DNA of 64,000 nucleotides from Candidatus Magasanikbacteria bacterium CG10_big_fil_rev_8_21_14_0_10_36_32 (GCA_002778465.1 PFBV01000003.1:303766-367765), one strand, 5' to 3'; shown: positions 36,671 through 47,493, numbered from the stretch's first letter. The notes: generated by a model not told the origin, from the letters alone. Translations and numbers: made by a program.

Positions 36671-38110
36671 TCAGTTTTGCCGGTTTTCAGCAATTTTGTT
36701 TTTGTTTGATGAAAAAATTTCTTTTAAAGTTTGAGGAGAAAAAAACCGTAAAACAATGGCTAAAATGGCATAAATAAAAGTACCGACAAAAATAGACAAA
36801 ATAATATTAAGCGGTTGTAACCAATAAACAACTAAAGCCATAACCAAACTTGATATTAATATTTTAAACAGTGTAAACAATTGCGGGCGAAACCCGGAAT
36901 AGTGTATAACCAGCCATGCCAGAAAAAAACCAGCGTAAAGTTCAGAAAAAATTGTTACATAAGCTGCGCCATAAATTCCGTAACGGGGAATGAAAATTAA
37001 ATAGCCGGCTAAACTTAAAATAGCATCGGTAATATAAATCCACAGAGCATTTTTTTGTCGGTCAATAGACAAAGCCATGTGTCCGAATACCATACCGAAA
37101 CTGACTCCGATAACGGAGATAATTAAAATACGCAGGATATTTCCGGATATGGCAAAATTTTCTCCGGCAATGAAATTCATAAGTGGTACAGCTAAAACAA
37201 AAATACCGGCAATCATTGGGATTAAAAGAAGTGACATTAAATCAAAACTGCGTTGGCATTGTTTTTCAAATTCTGGTTTAAGATTTCTTGACCAGCCAAA
37301 AGTAATCAGAGGCATCATAATACCCATAATCATAGCCGCTACTTGAATAGCAATATCTAATACACGATAAGCTGCGCCATAAAAACCGACATCGGTTTGA
37401 GAAACAAAAAGAGGTAAAATAAAGCGGTCACCTTGTAAATAAATACAATTAAAAATTACTGCCAAAGCCGTTGGCCATATTTTTTTTAAAATAGCGAAAG
37501 TAATATCCTTGTTAGTTTGTAAACGAATTGGTTCACTTTTCCACCATAAGTATCCGGTATTAAAAAATGCCGCTAAAGCGACAGCCCCCATTATTGGTAA
37601 AAATCCTAAATGTCCGACTGACATTAAAGCAATACCTGTCACTAATACCATCCGACTGATAACTTCAGCGATAGCTTGGATATGTGTTTGTAGTCGAGTT
37701 TGATAAAAAGCGATAAAAATCTGATTAAGAGAAGCGCTGATATAAGATATGGATAAAATAGCCACCGCTAATTTAATTTGCGGCGGATAAGGAAAAAGTA
37801 AAATAGTAAGAGGTCCAATTCCTTGAAATATTATAGTGGTAACAAACCGCCAAGTAAATAAATTGTTCAAAAGTTTTTTTTTATCAAAAGCCGGCTCAGA
37901 AAGCATTTTGGCTGAAGTGACAGTAAAACCAAAATCGCTTAAGATTCCAATGAATTGTAAAAAACCAATAGCAGTGGCATACCAGCCGAATTGTTCAACA
38001 CCGAGTGAGCGGGTCATTATAGCTATGGCCACTAAACCCAAAATTGTACTGATGGCTTTGCCAGCAATTTGAGCAAAAGTATTGTGAGCGATTTGTTTAG
38101 TTTGAGACAT
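36671..38110 (-). CDS. MOP-superfamily polysaccharide/oligosaccharide flippase (Wzx-like)
   Basis: 479 aa with 12-14 TM helices; N-terminal MSQTKQIAHNTFAQIAGKAISTILGLVAIAIMTRSLGVEQFG is typical of Wzx/polysaccharide biosynthesis protein. Confidence 0.65.
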   Translation of the reverse strand: MSQTKQIAHNTFAQIAGKAISTILGLVAIAIMTRSLGVEQFGWYATAIGFLQFIGILSDFGFTVTSAKMLSEPAFDKKKLLNNLFTWRFVTTIIFQGIGPLTILLFPYPPQIKLAVAILSISYISASLNQIFIAFYQTRLQTHIQAIAEVISRMVLVTGIALMSVGHLGFLPIMGAVALAAFFNTGYLWWKSEPIRLQTNKDITFAILKKIWPTALAVIFNCIYLQGDRFILPLFVSQTDVGFYGAAYRVLDIAIQVAAMIMGIMMPLITFGWSRNLKPEFEKQCQRSFDLMSLLLIPMIAGIFVLAVPLMNFIAGENFAISGNILRILIISVIGVSFGMVFGHMALSIDRQKNALWIYITDAILSLAGYLIFIPRYGIYGAAYVTIFSELYAGFFLAWLVIHYSGFRPQLFTLFKILISSLVMALVVYWLQPLNIILSIFVGTFIYAILAIVLRFFSPQTLKEIFSSNKNKIAENRQN

Positions 38111-38235
38111 AAAAAAGTCAGCCGATACCTGTAATCAAAATTAAACAGATATAGGCGAATTATATCATATTTTTATAAATTCAGACAAAACAGTAAGGTT
38201 TGACAAATCAGGTAAAATGTGTTATTTCTATTATT

Positions 38236-38293
38236 AAGCGAAGTGAGTGAAATAAAAACTTGTTTTTATTTCCGAACGAGCGCAGATAAAGTG
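38236..38293 (+). promoter_or_regulatory. Conserved 5' leader element, copy A (hairpin 38249-38272), upstream of paralog 3
   Basis: AAGCGAAGTGAGTGAAATAAAAACttGTTTTTATTTCCGAACGAGCGCAGATAAAGTG. The same element with compensatory changes occurs at 63579-63640 before rpsO. Confidence 0.5.
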
Positions 38294-38360
38294 GACTCGC
38301 CTTTTATTATTGTTCTTTAACAAGATTTCCATTTTTAATGGATAAAACAAAAGAGGAAAA

Positions 38361-39230
38361 ATGGCAGCGGAAGATTATTTGGATATTGTTGAATTTGCGA
38401 CTTTAAAAAAGTTGTTGTTAAAAATCGGTTGTGAACTTAGGGCATTTGGAGTAGTTAAGCGAGTTGGACCGGGAGCAAAAATAACTCAAGCGGAATTGAT
38501 GAAGTTGAGAAGTTTGGCTTCCGCCTGTGGAATTATGGCCAATGTTCAAAAGGCACTTTTAACACCGTGGCCGGGACAAAACAATGTTATTCCAAATATT
38601 GAAATTCCACCAGCGATTAATTCGGCTAATAAACCTAACAGTCAGACGAATTTACCGTTTGTTCCAATCGGTTTGATTAATATTTGGAGCAGATTTTATA
38701 AAGAAGTGTTTGGTTTGACAGTTAATATGTCAAAAGTTAAGTTTCCGGTTAGAGTGGAACATTTCGGCTGGACAGTGGTGGTGGCCGAAGAGCTTGGTGA
38801 TAAAACGCTTAATACGGTTATTGAAGTCTGTAAAAAAATGTTTTTGGTTCGGACCTATATTCGTAATGATAATTTGCAGTCAGTTGTAACTTTTAATGAT
38901 CGTGACCCGCAAGTTATTGGTTCTTACGCTGTTTATCCGCGCGCCAATCTCATGGCAGATATTGAAAATCTTAATCTTTCAGCCAATGAAATTAAATTAC
39001 GCAGTATTATAACCATGACTCTTTTGGAACGTTTGATTGTGGAAGTTTTTATTTTTTGGAGCCGCAATAAACATTTGGATGAAAAGACATTTACTTTGTG
39101 TTGCGGTTCACGCGATCTGTGGGATGATGTCCCTGTTTGCGGTTATTTGTCTGGTGCGGTATTTCAAATTACAAGCCGTGTTGCAGGTAATTATGATACT
39201 TATTATCGCGCTCGGACTGTAATTTTTTAA
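38361..39230 (+). CDS. Conserved hypothetical protein, paralog 3 of 3 (longer N-terminal extension)
   Basis: RFYKEVFGLTVNMSKV...GDKTLNTVIEVCKKMF...NDRDPQVIGSYAVYPRA...NLNLSANEI...TMTLLERLIVEVFIFWSRNKHLDE...TLCCGSRD. Confidence 0.6.
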   Translation: MAAEDYLDIVEFATLKKLLLKIGCELRAFGVVKRVGPGAKITQAELMKLRSLASACGIMANVQKALLTPWPGQNNVIPNIEIPPAINSANKPNSQTNLPFVPIGLINIWSRFYKEVFGLTVNMSKVKFPVRVEHFGWTVVVAEELGDKTLNTVIEVCKKMFLVRTYIRNDNLQSVVTFNDRDPQVIGSYAVYPRANLMADIENLNLSANEIKLRSIITMTLLERLIVEVFIFWSRNKHLDEKTFTLCCGSRDLWDDVPVCGYLSGAVFQITSRVAGNYDTYYRARTVIF

Positions 39231-39266
39231 ATTTGTTATTTAAATCTTCGTGTTCCTTTGACTTTT

Positions 39267-39295
39267 CGACCCCGCATAAATGCGGGGTCTTTTTT
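39267..39295 (+). terminator. Rho-independent terminator
   Basis: GACCCCGCAtaaaTGCGGGGTC followed by TTTTTTATTTT. Confidence 0.7.
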
Positions 39296-39328
39296 ATTTT
39301 ATGTGATATAATATAAACAATACTATTT

Positions 39329-41485
39329 ATGATAAAATTTTGCAGGTATTCTAAAATTATTTCATTTTTCGCCATTATTGGCGGTGTTTTGTTTTTTTTA
39401 ATGCCGGTAAAAGCGTTGGATTTTACCATTCCTCCATTTCGTGATTTAAATTATCTTGGATCTTACGTTTCCCAATCAGTTAACGATCCAATTACTATTA
39501 AAGTCGGTGAAACCAAAGAAGTAATTGTTAAAATAAAAAATACGGGTAAGACAATTTGGTATCCGACCGGTGTTAATTTTGTTTCCGCTTACACGGTTGA
39601 TCCGAATTATCGCGAAAGTGTTTTTGTTTCCGCTAATTGGATTAAAAAAAATCAACCGGCAAAAATTACGGCTGTAACTAAGCCAAGTGATATTGCAGAA
39701 ATAAAAATTAATTTGACCGCTCCAAGCAAAACCGGTGATTATGTTGAAAAATTTTATTTGGCAGCGGAAAATTTAACTTGGATTAAATCCAGTTATTTTT
39801 ATTTAAAAATTAAAGTGATTGATGTTGGTGTTTCTGTTGTTCAAGCGCAGCCCAGTGTTTATAAATTTACTCGAGATCTTGAAGCGGGCATCGTAGGAAA
39901 CGATGTTAAAGAATTACAAAAATACCTGAATAATAATGGATTTATTGTTTCCGTTTCCGGTGTAGGTTCGGTCGGTAAAGAAACAACTTTGTTTGGTGCT
40001 CTAACTAAAAATGCTCTCATAAAATTTCAAATAGCTAATAAAATTTCTCCAGCTATTGGATATTTTGGTCCCCTAACAAGAAACATGGTTAACAAAAAAA
40101 TAGCCACTCCCGTAACAGTTGTGTCGGAAAGTGAAGAAAATCCAGTCGGCAATTCAGCTTTGGGCGGTCAGGATGTGGCTCAAGAAATTAATACTGAATA
40201 TCAAGCTAATTTAGCAGTAATGTCGGCACGTAATATACAAACAAATGGTGGTGATTTAATACGTTTTTCTGTTCGTTATATCAATGATGGTACAGAAACT
40301 TGGAATAATTATTTGTGGCAAGAAGCCGGTAGTTCCAAAGATGATAGTTCAACTTCTTCTGAAAAAATAATTGTGGCTGATCCATCTTGGTTAACTGAAA
40401 ATAAAATTTTTACAAAAAATGAAGCAGTGTTACCGAAACAACCCATGCAAGTTGATTTTTATTTTCGCGCGCCGATTACAAAAGGAAAGTATACAGTTAG
40501 ATTTCAGTTGACTGCTAACGGACATACTTTGGATGGCGGTACATTAGAATTGCCGGTAGAGGTTTTAATTGATGCGCCTGCCGGTTATCAAATGCCGATT
40601 TTTTCTTCAGCTCGAAAATTAATTGATGAACCGAGAATACGCGTCGGTTTATATAAAGCGGATGTTCCTGTGGAGTTCCGATCATCCTTTGCTTATCAGG
40701 TTTATGCCGGTGAAATTTTAAAAGGGGTTTTGTTTCCAAATGAATTAGTAACTCTTCAATACGCTGATGGTCTCTATGCTTTTTTAGGAGGTAATTTGGA
40801 TTTTAATGTTCGTGAAGCTATTCGGATGGTTCCTTTAGAAACTGATAATTATTTTGAATTGGTTAATTACAGTCGAAAGGTTAGTTGGAAAGGCAGTAAA
40901 AATTTTAATTTATATCGCGGTGTGATGGAGTATAAATATTCTCCCAAAAGCGACGTGCCGTGGGTGGTAAATGAATTACAACTGGATGATTATATTGCTG
41001 GCATTGGTGAAACTTCAAATGGGGCAGCTATGGAATATATTAAAGCAATTTTAGTGGCGGCTCGTTCTTATGCTTATTATCATATTAATAATGGTGTTCC
41101 AGCCGATCAGAGAACTTTTGATGTTTATGCCACTACCGCTGACCAACTTTATTTGGGATATAATTCTGAAGTAATCGGTCCGCGGATTGTACAGGCAGAA
41201 CGGGCAACTCGCGGTGAAATGGTAACTTATAATAATCAACCAGTGGTGACACCTTATTTTGGACATTCTGATGGTAGGACAAGAATATGGAGTCAGGTTT
41301 GGGGAGGGGCGGATAAGCCTTGGCTACAAAGTGTTGTTTGTAAATATGATTCTGGCGCAATGTTTGGACACGGAGTTGGTATGAGTGCTGGGGACGCGGC
41401 CAGTCGAGCTGACAAAGACGGTTGGACATATGATCAATTATTAAAATATTATTATACTGGAGTGCAAGTTGATAAAATTTATTAG
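39329..41485 (+). CDS. SpoIID/LytB-domain protein with a peptidoglycan-binding (PG_binding_1-like) domain
   Basis: The C-terminal 300 aa has YIAGIGETSNGAAMEYIKAILVAARSYAYYH...GHGVGMSAGDA typical of SpoIID/LytB. The middle has GNDVKELQKYLNNNGF...TKNALIKFQ, which is PG-binding-like. Signal/TM at the N-terminus. Confidence 0.65.
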   Translation: MIKFCRYSKIISFFAIIGGVLFFLMPVKALDFTIPPFRDLNYLGSYVSQSVNDPITIKVGETKEVIVKIKNTGKTIWYPTGVNFVSAYTVDPNYRESVFVSANWIKKNQPAKITAVTKPSDIAEIKINLTAPSKTGDYVEKFYLAAENLTWIKSSYFYLKIKVIDVGVSVVQAQPSVYKFTRDLEAGIVGNDVKELQKYLNNNGFIVSVSGVGSVGKETTLFGALTKNALIKFQIANKISPAIGYFGPLTRNMVNKKIATPVTVVSESEENPVGNSALGGQDVAQEINTEYQANLAVMSARNIQTNGGDLIRFSVRYINDGTETWNNYLWQEAGSSKDDSSTSSEKIIVADPSWLTENKIFTKNEAVLPKQPMQVDFYFRAPITKGKYTVRFQLTANGHTLDGGTLELPVEVLIDAPAGYQMPIFSSARKLIDEPRIRVGLYKADVPVEFRSSFAYQVYAGEILKGVLFPNELVTLQYADGLYAFLGGNLDFNVREAIRMVPLETDNYFELVNYSRKVSWKGSKNFNLYRGVMEYKYSPKSDVPWVVNELQLDDYIAGIGETSNGAAMEYIKAILVAARSYAYYHINNGVPADQRTFDVYATTADQLYLGYNSEVIGPRIVQAERATRGEMVTYNNQPVVTPYFGHSDGRTRIWSQVWGGADKPWLQSVVCKYDSGAMFGHGVGMSAGDAASRADKDGWTYDQLLKYYYTGVQVDKIY

Positions 41486-41646
41486 TTTGAAAAGTAATAT
41501 AAAAAAAGGCCTGGCGGCTTTTTTTTATTATTTAAGAGATGGTCAAAATGATTTTCTTGACAAATCACACTAAACATGTTAAAATGTTGTGTTCTTTGAA
41601 AAAATGAGTGGATGCTAAGCGTCCCCCCTAAAAAAGGAGAAGAGAA

Positions 41647-42246
41647 ATGAGTAAGATGATTTTGCCGATTTTTTTTACCACCGTATCAGGCATAGTTGTT
41701 TTTGGATGGACAGTGACATTGATAGATGTGGTTGTGGTGTTAAGTTGGTTATCCTATGTGTTGTTTTGGGTGGTTTTGACTTTGATTCGTCTTTATACAG
41801 AGCGTGTTGACCAAGAGAAGTTTGTAGCCTTTGTCAATTTTCGGACAGATAATTCCAAAGTGAAATTTTCTTGCATTAGCGAAAAATTCAAAACATGGTT
41901 TTATGGTAAAATTGAGAAAGTGAAAGATGCGACGATTCCGCAATCTTACCACGATTTGCGCCAGGAAGCGTCGGACAATGAAATTATTACTAATCTTGGT
42001 AATAAAATCCAAGTTGAAACAACTCTGGTCGGCATATATAAACTGATGAGAAACCAGAGAAAAGGCGAAGAGGGTATTTTGCTTGTAGATGGTTTTGCGA
42101 ATATTTTTTATATTCGTGACATTAGCGGTGTTTTGCGTGCGGTAAGCCTCAGCTGGTGTCGGTATGGTTGGGCGGTAGTTGCCAGTCAGACCGATTATCC
42201 GATTAGATGGAACGTTGGCAGTCGTGTTTTTTTTCTTGATTCTTAG
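41647..42246 (+). CDS. Hypothetical membrane protein
   Basis: Two N-terminal TM helices; no recognisable motifs. Confidence 0.4.
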   Translation: MSKMILPIFFTTVSGIVVFGWTVTLIDVVVVLSWLSYVLFWVVLTLIRLYTERVDQEKFVAFVNFRTDNSKVKFSCISEKFKTWFYGKIEKVKDATIPQSYHDLRQEASDNEIITNLGNKIQVETTLVGIYKLMRNQRKGEEGILLVDGFANIFYIRDISGVLRAVSLSWCRYGWAVVASQTDYPIRWNVGSRVFFLDS

Positions 42247-42404
42247 ATAATTATTTTTTTGATATTAATGTGTCCGACCGTTTTTGGCGGCAGGATATGT
42301 GATGTTTATCAAATTATTTTGTAAGGAATTAGCTATATTTTTTTTACTCCTTTATTTATTGGGCCCTTCTGTTTTTCTTTTTGAATGCGTTGGGCCTTTT
42401 TTAT

Positions 42405-42944
42405 TTAATTTTTTTCATGATATTTTCTGTCTTCAAGCGCTAAATCCAAAAGTTTTTTTCTTAGTTCATGAGGGTGAGCCACATTGTGAAGCGTACAGCG
42501 TGGCATAGACCCAGCTGTTTGCACCATCACATTTCCATAGTCAAATATTGAAGGAAAAAACCCTTTTATTTCAGATGTGGCATCTTGTATTAAATATAAG
42601 TCTACCTCAGCGATAGTGCGAGAAAATAATCCATTTTGATTAATATCAACCAATCGGTCGTTGGTAATTATAGTTAAATTTAAATAAAATGTGACAAAAT
42701 AAGTATAAAAATATAAAACTACAAATAAGTAGTAGATGCTGGCAAAAAGAATTAACAAAGGTAAACCAACCGGACTTTCCAACCATGGTGTAAAATTTCT
42801 ATTGATGATCCAATATAATCCCAATGGCAATGTCATAACAAAAAACATCAAAATCAATGCGGGAACAAAAGTAAAAGGATGTTGTCTTAATTTATAAACA
42901 ACCCTTTCATAAATTTTTTGGCGGATTAATTTAATAATACCCAT
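42405..42944 (-). CDS. Membrane protein with bacterial PH (bPH_2/YdbT-like) domain
   Basis: Two TM helices followed by about 80 aa resembling DUF304/bPH_2 (IITNDRLVDINQNGLFSRTIAEVDLYLIQD). Confidence 0.4.
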   Translation of the reverse strand: MGIIKLIRQKIYERVVYKLRQHPFTFVPALILMFFVMTLPLGLYWIINRNFTPWLESPVGLPLLILFASIYYLFVVLYFYTYFVTFYLNLTIITNDRLVDINQNGLFSRTIAEVDLYLIQDATSEIKGFFPSIFDYGNVMVQTAGSMPRCTLHNVAHPHELRKKLLDLALEDRKYHEKN

Positions 42945-42945
42945 A

Positions 42946-43218
42946 TTACATTAATTGTCTTGGAATAAATAAACCAACAAACCATTCTTTATTAAAAATA
43001 ATAACTTCGTATTGCCATTGTGTTCCTTCTAATAAATTCATGGTGGCGTAGATTAAAAGCGTAACCGAAGCAAAGAAAATAAAAGTAACTACAAAACTGA
43101 CAAAAGTTAATGAACTCGTTTGTACCAAGTGAGCGATATTAATAATAAAAAATAATGTAAAAATTCCTAACAAGAGCAGGTAAAGTCCGAGAAATGTATA
43201 TAAAGGAATAGCTATCAT
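42946..43218 (-). CDS. Small membrane protein (start trimmed to avoid the ruvB overlap)
   Basis: Three hydrophobic helices; internal Met at 43218 chosen. Confidence 0.3.
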   Translation of the reverse strand: MIAIPLYTFLGLYLLLLGIFTLFFIINIAHLVQTSSLTFVSFVVTFIFFASVTLLIYATMNLLEGTQWQYEVIIFNKEWFVGLFIPRQLM

Positions 43219-43225
43219 AAAAACA

Positions 43226-44263
43226 TTATAATAATGTTTGATCTTTTGGTTTTTCAAAACCAAGATGCAGATAAGCGTTATTGGTGGCACGTCGGCCTCG
43301 CGGAGTGCGTTCTAAAAATCCAGTTTGCATTAAAAATGGTTCGTAAATTGTTTCTATTGTGTCCATTTCCTCTGAAATAGCTGCCGCTAGAGTATTTAAA
43401 CCGACTGGTCCGCCATTGAATTTAGTAATCATTGTTTCTAATAATCGGCGGTCAATATCGTCTAATCCGAATTCATCAATCATTAACATTGATAAAGCCT
43501 GTTTTGCAACTGATGTATCAATTTGTCCGCCATGATGCACTTCCGCAAAATCACGAACCCGCTTTAATAATCGGTTGGCGATGCGCGGCGTTCGGCGTGC
43601 TCGTTGTGCAATAATTGAACCCGCCTCCTGGTGAAATTGAACACCAAGAATTTTTGCGCTTCGCGCTAAAATTTTTTCAATGTCTTCGTTTTCGTAAAAG
43701 TTTAAATGGAAACTGTGCCCAAAACGATCACGTAACGGTCCTGATAATAAGCTCATTTTAGTGGTGGCGCCGATCAAAGTAAATTTATTAAGTGGCATAC
43801 GGATAGTTCGAGCGGCTGGACCACTGCCAATAATAATATCTAAAGAATAATCTTCCAGTGCTGGATACAAAATTTCCTCAATACTTTTATTTAACCGATG
43901 AATTTCATCAATGAAGAGAACCTCGTTTTCTTCCAAGTTGGAAAGAATAGCCGCCAAATCACCAATTTTTTCCAACGCTGGACCCGAAGTAATTTTAATA
44001 TTAGCGTTCATTTCTTTAGCAATGATGTGTGCCAGAGTAGTTTTGCCCAAACCCGGGTTACCATACAACAAAACATGTTCTAATGGTTCAGAACGTTGTT
44101 TGGCCGCCTTAATGGAAATATTTAGATTTTGTTTTAGCGGTTCTTGTCCAACAAAATCAGACAGTTGCTGTGGACGCAGAGTATTTTCTAAAACCGCTTC
44201 CTCAACCATGTTTTCATTTTCCGGCGCAGTTAAACGTTGATTTTTTAGTGTATTCTTAGCCAT
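43226..44263 (-). CDS. ruvB: Holliday junction branch migration ATPase RuvB
   Basis: Walker [12 protein letters not shown]; Walker [10 protein letters not shown]; sensor motifs; winged-helix C-terminus. Confidence 0.9.
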   Translation of the reverse strand: MAKNTLKNQRLTAPENENMVEEAVLENTLRPQQLSDFVGQEPLKQNLNISIKAAKQRSEPLEHVLLYGNPGLGKTTLAHIIAKEMNANIKITSGPALEKIGDLAAILSNLEENEVLFIDEIHRLNKSIEEILYPALEDYSLDIIIGSGPAARTIRMPLNKFTLIGATTKMSLLSGPLRDRFGHSFHLNFYENEDIEKILARSAKILGVQFHQEAGSIIAQRARRTPRIANRLLKRVRDFAEVHHGGQIDTSVAKQALSMLMIDEFGLDDIDRRLLETMITKFNGGPVGLNTLAAAISEEMDTIETIYEPFLMQTGFLERTPRGRRATNNAYLHLGFEKPKDQTLL

Positions 44264-44516
44264 ATGCTTATATTTTACTATAAATAAGCGTTAAAGTCCA
44301 TTGATATTTAGACAATTAAATTATTAGTTGGGATTAAGTTGTGGATAAGGTTTTTAAAAGCTGTTATTTAAGGCAAAATAATGACTGTTGGCGAGGACTT
44401 GGTTAAATGGTATAATATAAATAGTTATAATACAAGATATTGTGGCTTGATAAGAATTGCATAACTACTGGTTGTATTATTTGCTAAAACAATAATTTAT
44501 TAATTTTTTATATTTT

Positions 44517-46652
44517 ATGTTCAAAAAAATAAAAAAGCGTGATGGTAAAATAGTTAAATTTGATTTGGAAAAAATTTGCCAAGCCATAACTAAGGCTGGG
44601 CAAGCTACCGGTGAATTTGATGATAAAATGGCTAAAAAATTAGCTAGCAAAGTATTGATGTTGGCAGAAAATATTTTGGGAAATAAAGTTCCGGAAGTGG
44701 AAGAAATTCAAGATATTGTTGAAGATGTTTTACTAAATTCAATGTATAAAAAAACCGCCAAAGCTTTTGTTGTTTATCGTGATCAGCATAATCAAATTCG
44801 TGATTTGAATGACACGGCCAACGTGGGTTTAATGGATCAATATTTAGATAAGTTGGATTGGCAAGTGAATGAAAATAGCAATATGACTTTTTCTTTGCAA
44901 GGATTGAATCATTATGTTTCATCAGAAATCAGCAAAGTATATTGGTTGAATAAAATTTATCCAAAAGATATTCGCCAAGCTTATTTGGAAGGTGATTTTC
45001 ACATTCATGATTTATTTAGTTTGTCGGTTTATTGTGTTGGTTGGGATTTACAGGATTTACTAACTGTCGGCTGGGGCGGTGTATCCAGTAAAATAGAAAG
45101 TCGTCCGCCAAAACGATTTCGTAGCGCTTTGGGACAAATTACAAACTTTTTTTATACAATGGCAGGCGAAGCGGCCGGTGCCCAAGCTTTTTCTAATTTT
45201 GATACATTGTTGGCGCCATTTATCAGATATTCAAAATTAACTTACGAAGAAGTAAAATTGGCGCTTCAGGAATTTATGTTTAATATGAATGTGCCGACTC
45301 GAGTTGGTTTTCAAACTCCGTTTACCAACGTTACTTTTGATTTAATGGTGCCCAGCACTTTTAAAGATCAGCCGGTGATAATTGGCGGTAAACAACAAAA
45401 AGAAACATACGGCGAGTTTCAGAAAGAAATGGATATATTAAATAAAGCGTTTTTTGAAGTGGTGACTGAAGGAGACGCAAAGGGAAGAGTTTTTTCTTGG
45501 CCGATTCCGACTTATAATATCTATAAAGGTTTTGATTGGAACAATAAACGATTTGATGGAATTTGGGAAATGGCGGCTAAATATGGTATTCCTTATTTTT
45601 CTAATTTTATAAATTCTGACATGAAACCGGAAGACGCTCGATCTATGTGTTGCCGGTTACGGATTGATAATCGTCAATTGGAAAAACGTGGTGGCGGTTT
45701 ATTTGGCGCAAATCCATTGACTGGTTCAGTGGGGGTGGTGACAATTAATTTGCCAAGAATTGGTTATTTAGCCAAAAATGAAAAAGATTTTTTTGCTCGA
45801 TTAGAAAATTTGATGGTGTTGGCAAAAAATAGTTTGGAAATAAAACGTAAAGTGTTAGAAAAATTTACTGATAAAAATTTATATCCTTACGCTAAATATT
45901 ATTTGCGCAACATGAAAGCGCGGCATGGTCAATATTGGAAAAATCATTTTGCCACCGTTGGCATTGTTGGAATGAATGAAGCGTTGTTAAATTTATTGGG
46001 TGAAGATATTGGAAGTAAAAAAGGCCGAGAGTTTTCTTTGAAAGTTATGGATTTTATGCGTGATAAATTAGTAAAATTTCAAAAGGAAACAGGAAATAAT
46101 TATAATTTGGAAGCAACACCGGCTGAAGGTACTGCTTACCGCCTGGCTTTGAAAGATAAGGAATTATATCCGAAGATTATTTGTGCCAATGAAAAAGATT
46201 ATAAAAAATTAAAAGCCGCGCCTTATTATACAAATTCCACGCAATTACCGGTTAATTATACCGATGATATGTTTGAAGCGCTTGATTTACAAGAGGAGTT
46301 ACAAGTTAAATATACGGGCGGTACCGTGGTGCACTTATTTTTAGGAGAACGAATAGATAATCCACAATCGGCTAAACAAATGGTTAAAAAAATTTGTGAA
46401 GGATATCGTTTGCCATATTTTACTTTTTCTCCGACATTTAGCGTTTGCCGAACGCATGGATATTTATCAGGTGAACATTTTGAGTGTCCCAAGTGTGGTG
46501 ATCAATGTGAAGTTTACGCTCGGGTGGTTGGTTATTTAAGTCCGGTTAGACAGTGGCACAAAGGAAAACGCGAGGAGTTTAATAATCGCAAGATGTTTAA
46601 TTTGCCAAATCTGCAAGCGTGTTCTGGAGATAAAATTTCCAAGAAAAAATAA
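44517..46652 (+). CDS. nrdD: Anaerobic ribonucleoside-triphosphate reductase (class III RNR)
   Basis: N-terminal ATP-cone; C-terminal CPKCGDQCEVYARVVGYLSP (Zn-ribbon plus glycyl radical RVxGY). Confidence 0.9.
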   Translation: MFKKIKKRDGKIVKFDLEKICQAITKAGQATGEFDDKMAKKLASKVLMLAENILGNKVPEVEEIQDIVEDVLLNSMYKKTAKAFVVYRDQHNQIRDLNDTANVGLMDQYLDKLDWQVNENSNMTFSLQGLNHYVSSEISKVYWLNKIYPKDIRQAYLEGDFHIHDLFSLSVYCVGWDLQDLLTVGWGGVSSKIESRPPKRFRSALGQITNFFYTMAGEAAGAQAFSNFDTLLAPFIRYSKLTYEEVKLALQEFMFNMNVPTRVGFQTPFTNVTFDLMVPSTFKDQPVIIGGKQQKETYGEFQKEMDILNKAFFEVVTEGDAKGRVFSWPIPTYNIYKGFDWNNKRFDGIWEMAAKYGIPYFSNFINSDMKPEDARSMCCRLRIDNRQLEKRGGGLFGANPLTGSVGVVTINLPRIGYLAKNEKDFFARLENLMVLAKNSLEIKRKVLEKFTDKNLYPYAKYYLRNMKARHGQYWKNHFATVGIVGMNEALLNLLGEDIGSKKGREFSLKVMDFMRDKLVKFQKETGNNYNLEATPAEGTAYRLALKDKELYPKIICANEKDYKKLKAAPYYTNSTQLPVNYTDDMFEALDLQEELQVKYTGGTVVHLFLGERIDNPQSAKQMVKKICEGYRLPYFTFSPTFSVCRTHGYLSGEHFECPKCGDQCEVYARVVGYLSPVRQWHKGKREEFNNRKMFNLPNLQACSGDKISKKK

Positions 46653-46674
46653 AATAAATTTATTTTTACGAGAT

Positions 46675-47364
46675 ATGATAATAGGCGGTTGGCAAAAATT
46701 TTCTCTAATTGATTATCCGGGCAAAGTTAGCGCTGTAATTTTTACTCAGGGCTGCCGGTTTCGTTGTCCATTTTGTCATAATCCGGAATTAGTTGTGCCG
46801 GAAAAATTTACCGAGTCGGTTTCAATTGAAGAAGTTTTAAATTTTCTTAATTCAAGAAAAAATCAGTTAGATGGAATTGTAATTAGTGGGGGTGAACCGA
46901 CAGTACATTCGGATTTGCCGGATTTTATTAGTCAAATAAAAAAATTAGGTTTTTTGGTTAAAATAGACACCAATGGAAGTTGTCCGGATAATTTAGAATA
47001 TTTGATTAAGCATCATTTGGTTGATTATGTAGCAATGGATATTAAATCACCGCTGTTTAAGTACAAGGCTCATACCAATTCAAACATAAATGAAGAACAT
47101 ATAAAAAAAAGTATTGAAATGGTGAAAAATTCCGGATTGGATTATGAATTCCGCACCACGGTGGTCAAAGAACAATTGTCGCCGGAAGATTTGTTTGCCA
47201 TCGGTCAAACTTTGTCCGGTTCAAAAAGATATATTTTGCAAAAATTTATTCCCAGAAAAACTTTGAATGAAGATTTTATGAAAGCGGAAACTTATACCGA
47301 CGAAGAATTTGATGATTTTTGTTTGAAGTTAAAAACATTGGTGGAAGAATGTTTTTGGCGATGA
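46675..47364 (+). CDS. nrdG: Anaerobic RNR activating enzyme (radical SAM)
   Basis: GCRFRCPFCHN (CxxxCxxC) near the N-terminus, then GGEPT. Confidence 0.85.
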   Translation: MIIGGWQKFSLIDYPGKVSAVIFTQGCRFRCPFCHNPELVVPEKFTESVSIEEVLNFLNSRKNQLDGIVISGGEPTVHSDLPDFISQIKKLGFLVKIDTNGSCPDNLEYLIKHHLVDYVAMDIKSPLFKYKAHTNSNINEEHIKKSIEMVKNSGLDYEFRTTVVKEQLSPEDLFAIGQTLSGSKRYILQKFIPRKTLNEDFMKAETYTDEEFDDFCLKLKTLVEECFWR

Positions 47365-47493
47365 TAATTGATTGAAAAATAATTTACACAGATAAAATAA
47401 AAATTGCCTTGACAATAAGGCTTTTTTGTTTTTTAATATCAAATAGATCCTTAAAATCAAAAGTATTTTAGCAAATACAGAAGGGACACGGTC

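Noticed and set aside
41500-41528. Terminator after the SpoIID-like gene
   Set aside because: There is a T8 run, but the preceding stem (AAGGCC/GGC) is only 3-4 bp. It is too weak to call with confidence.
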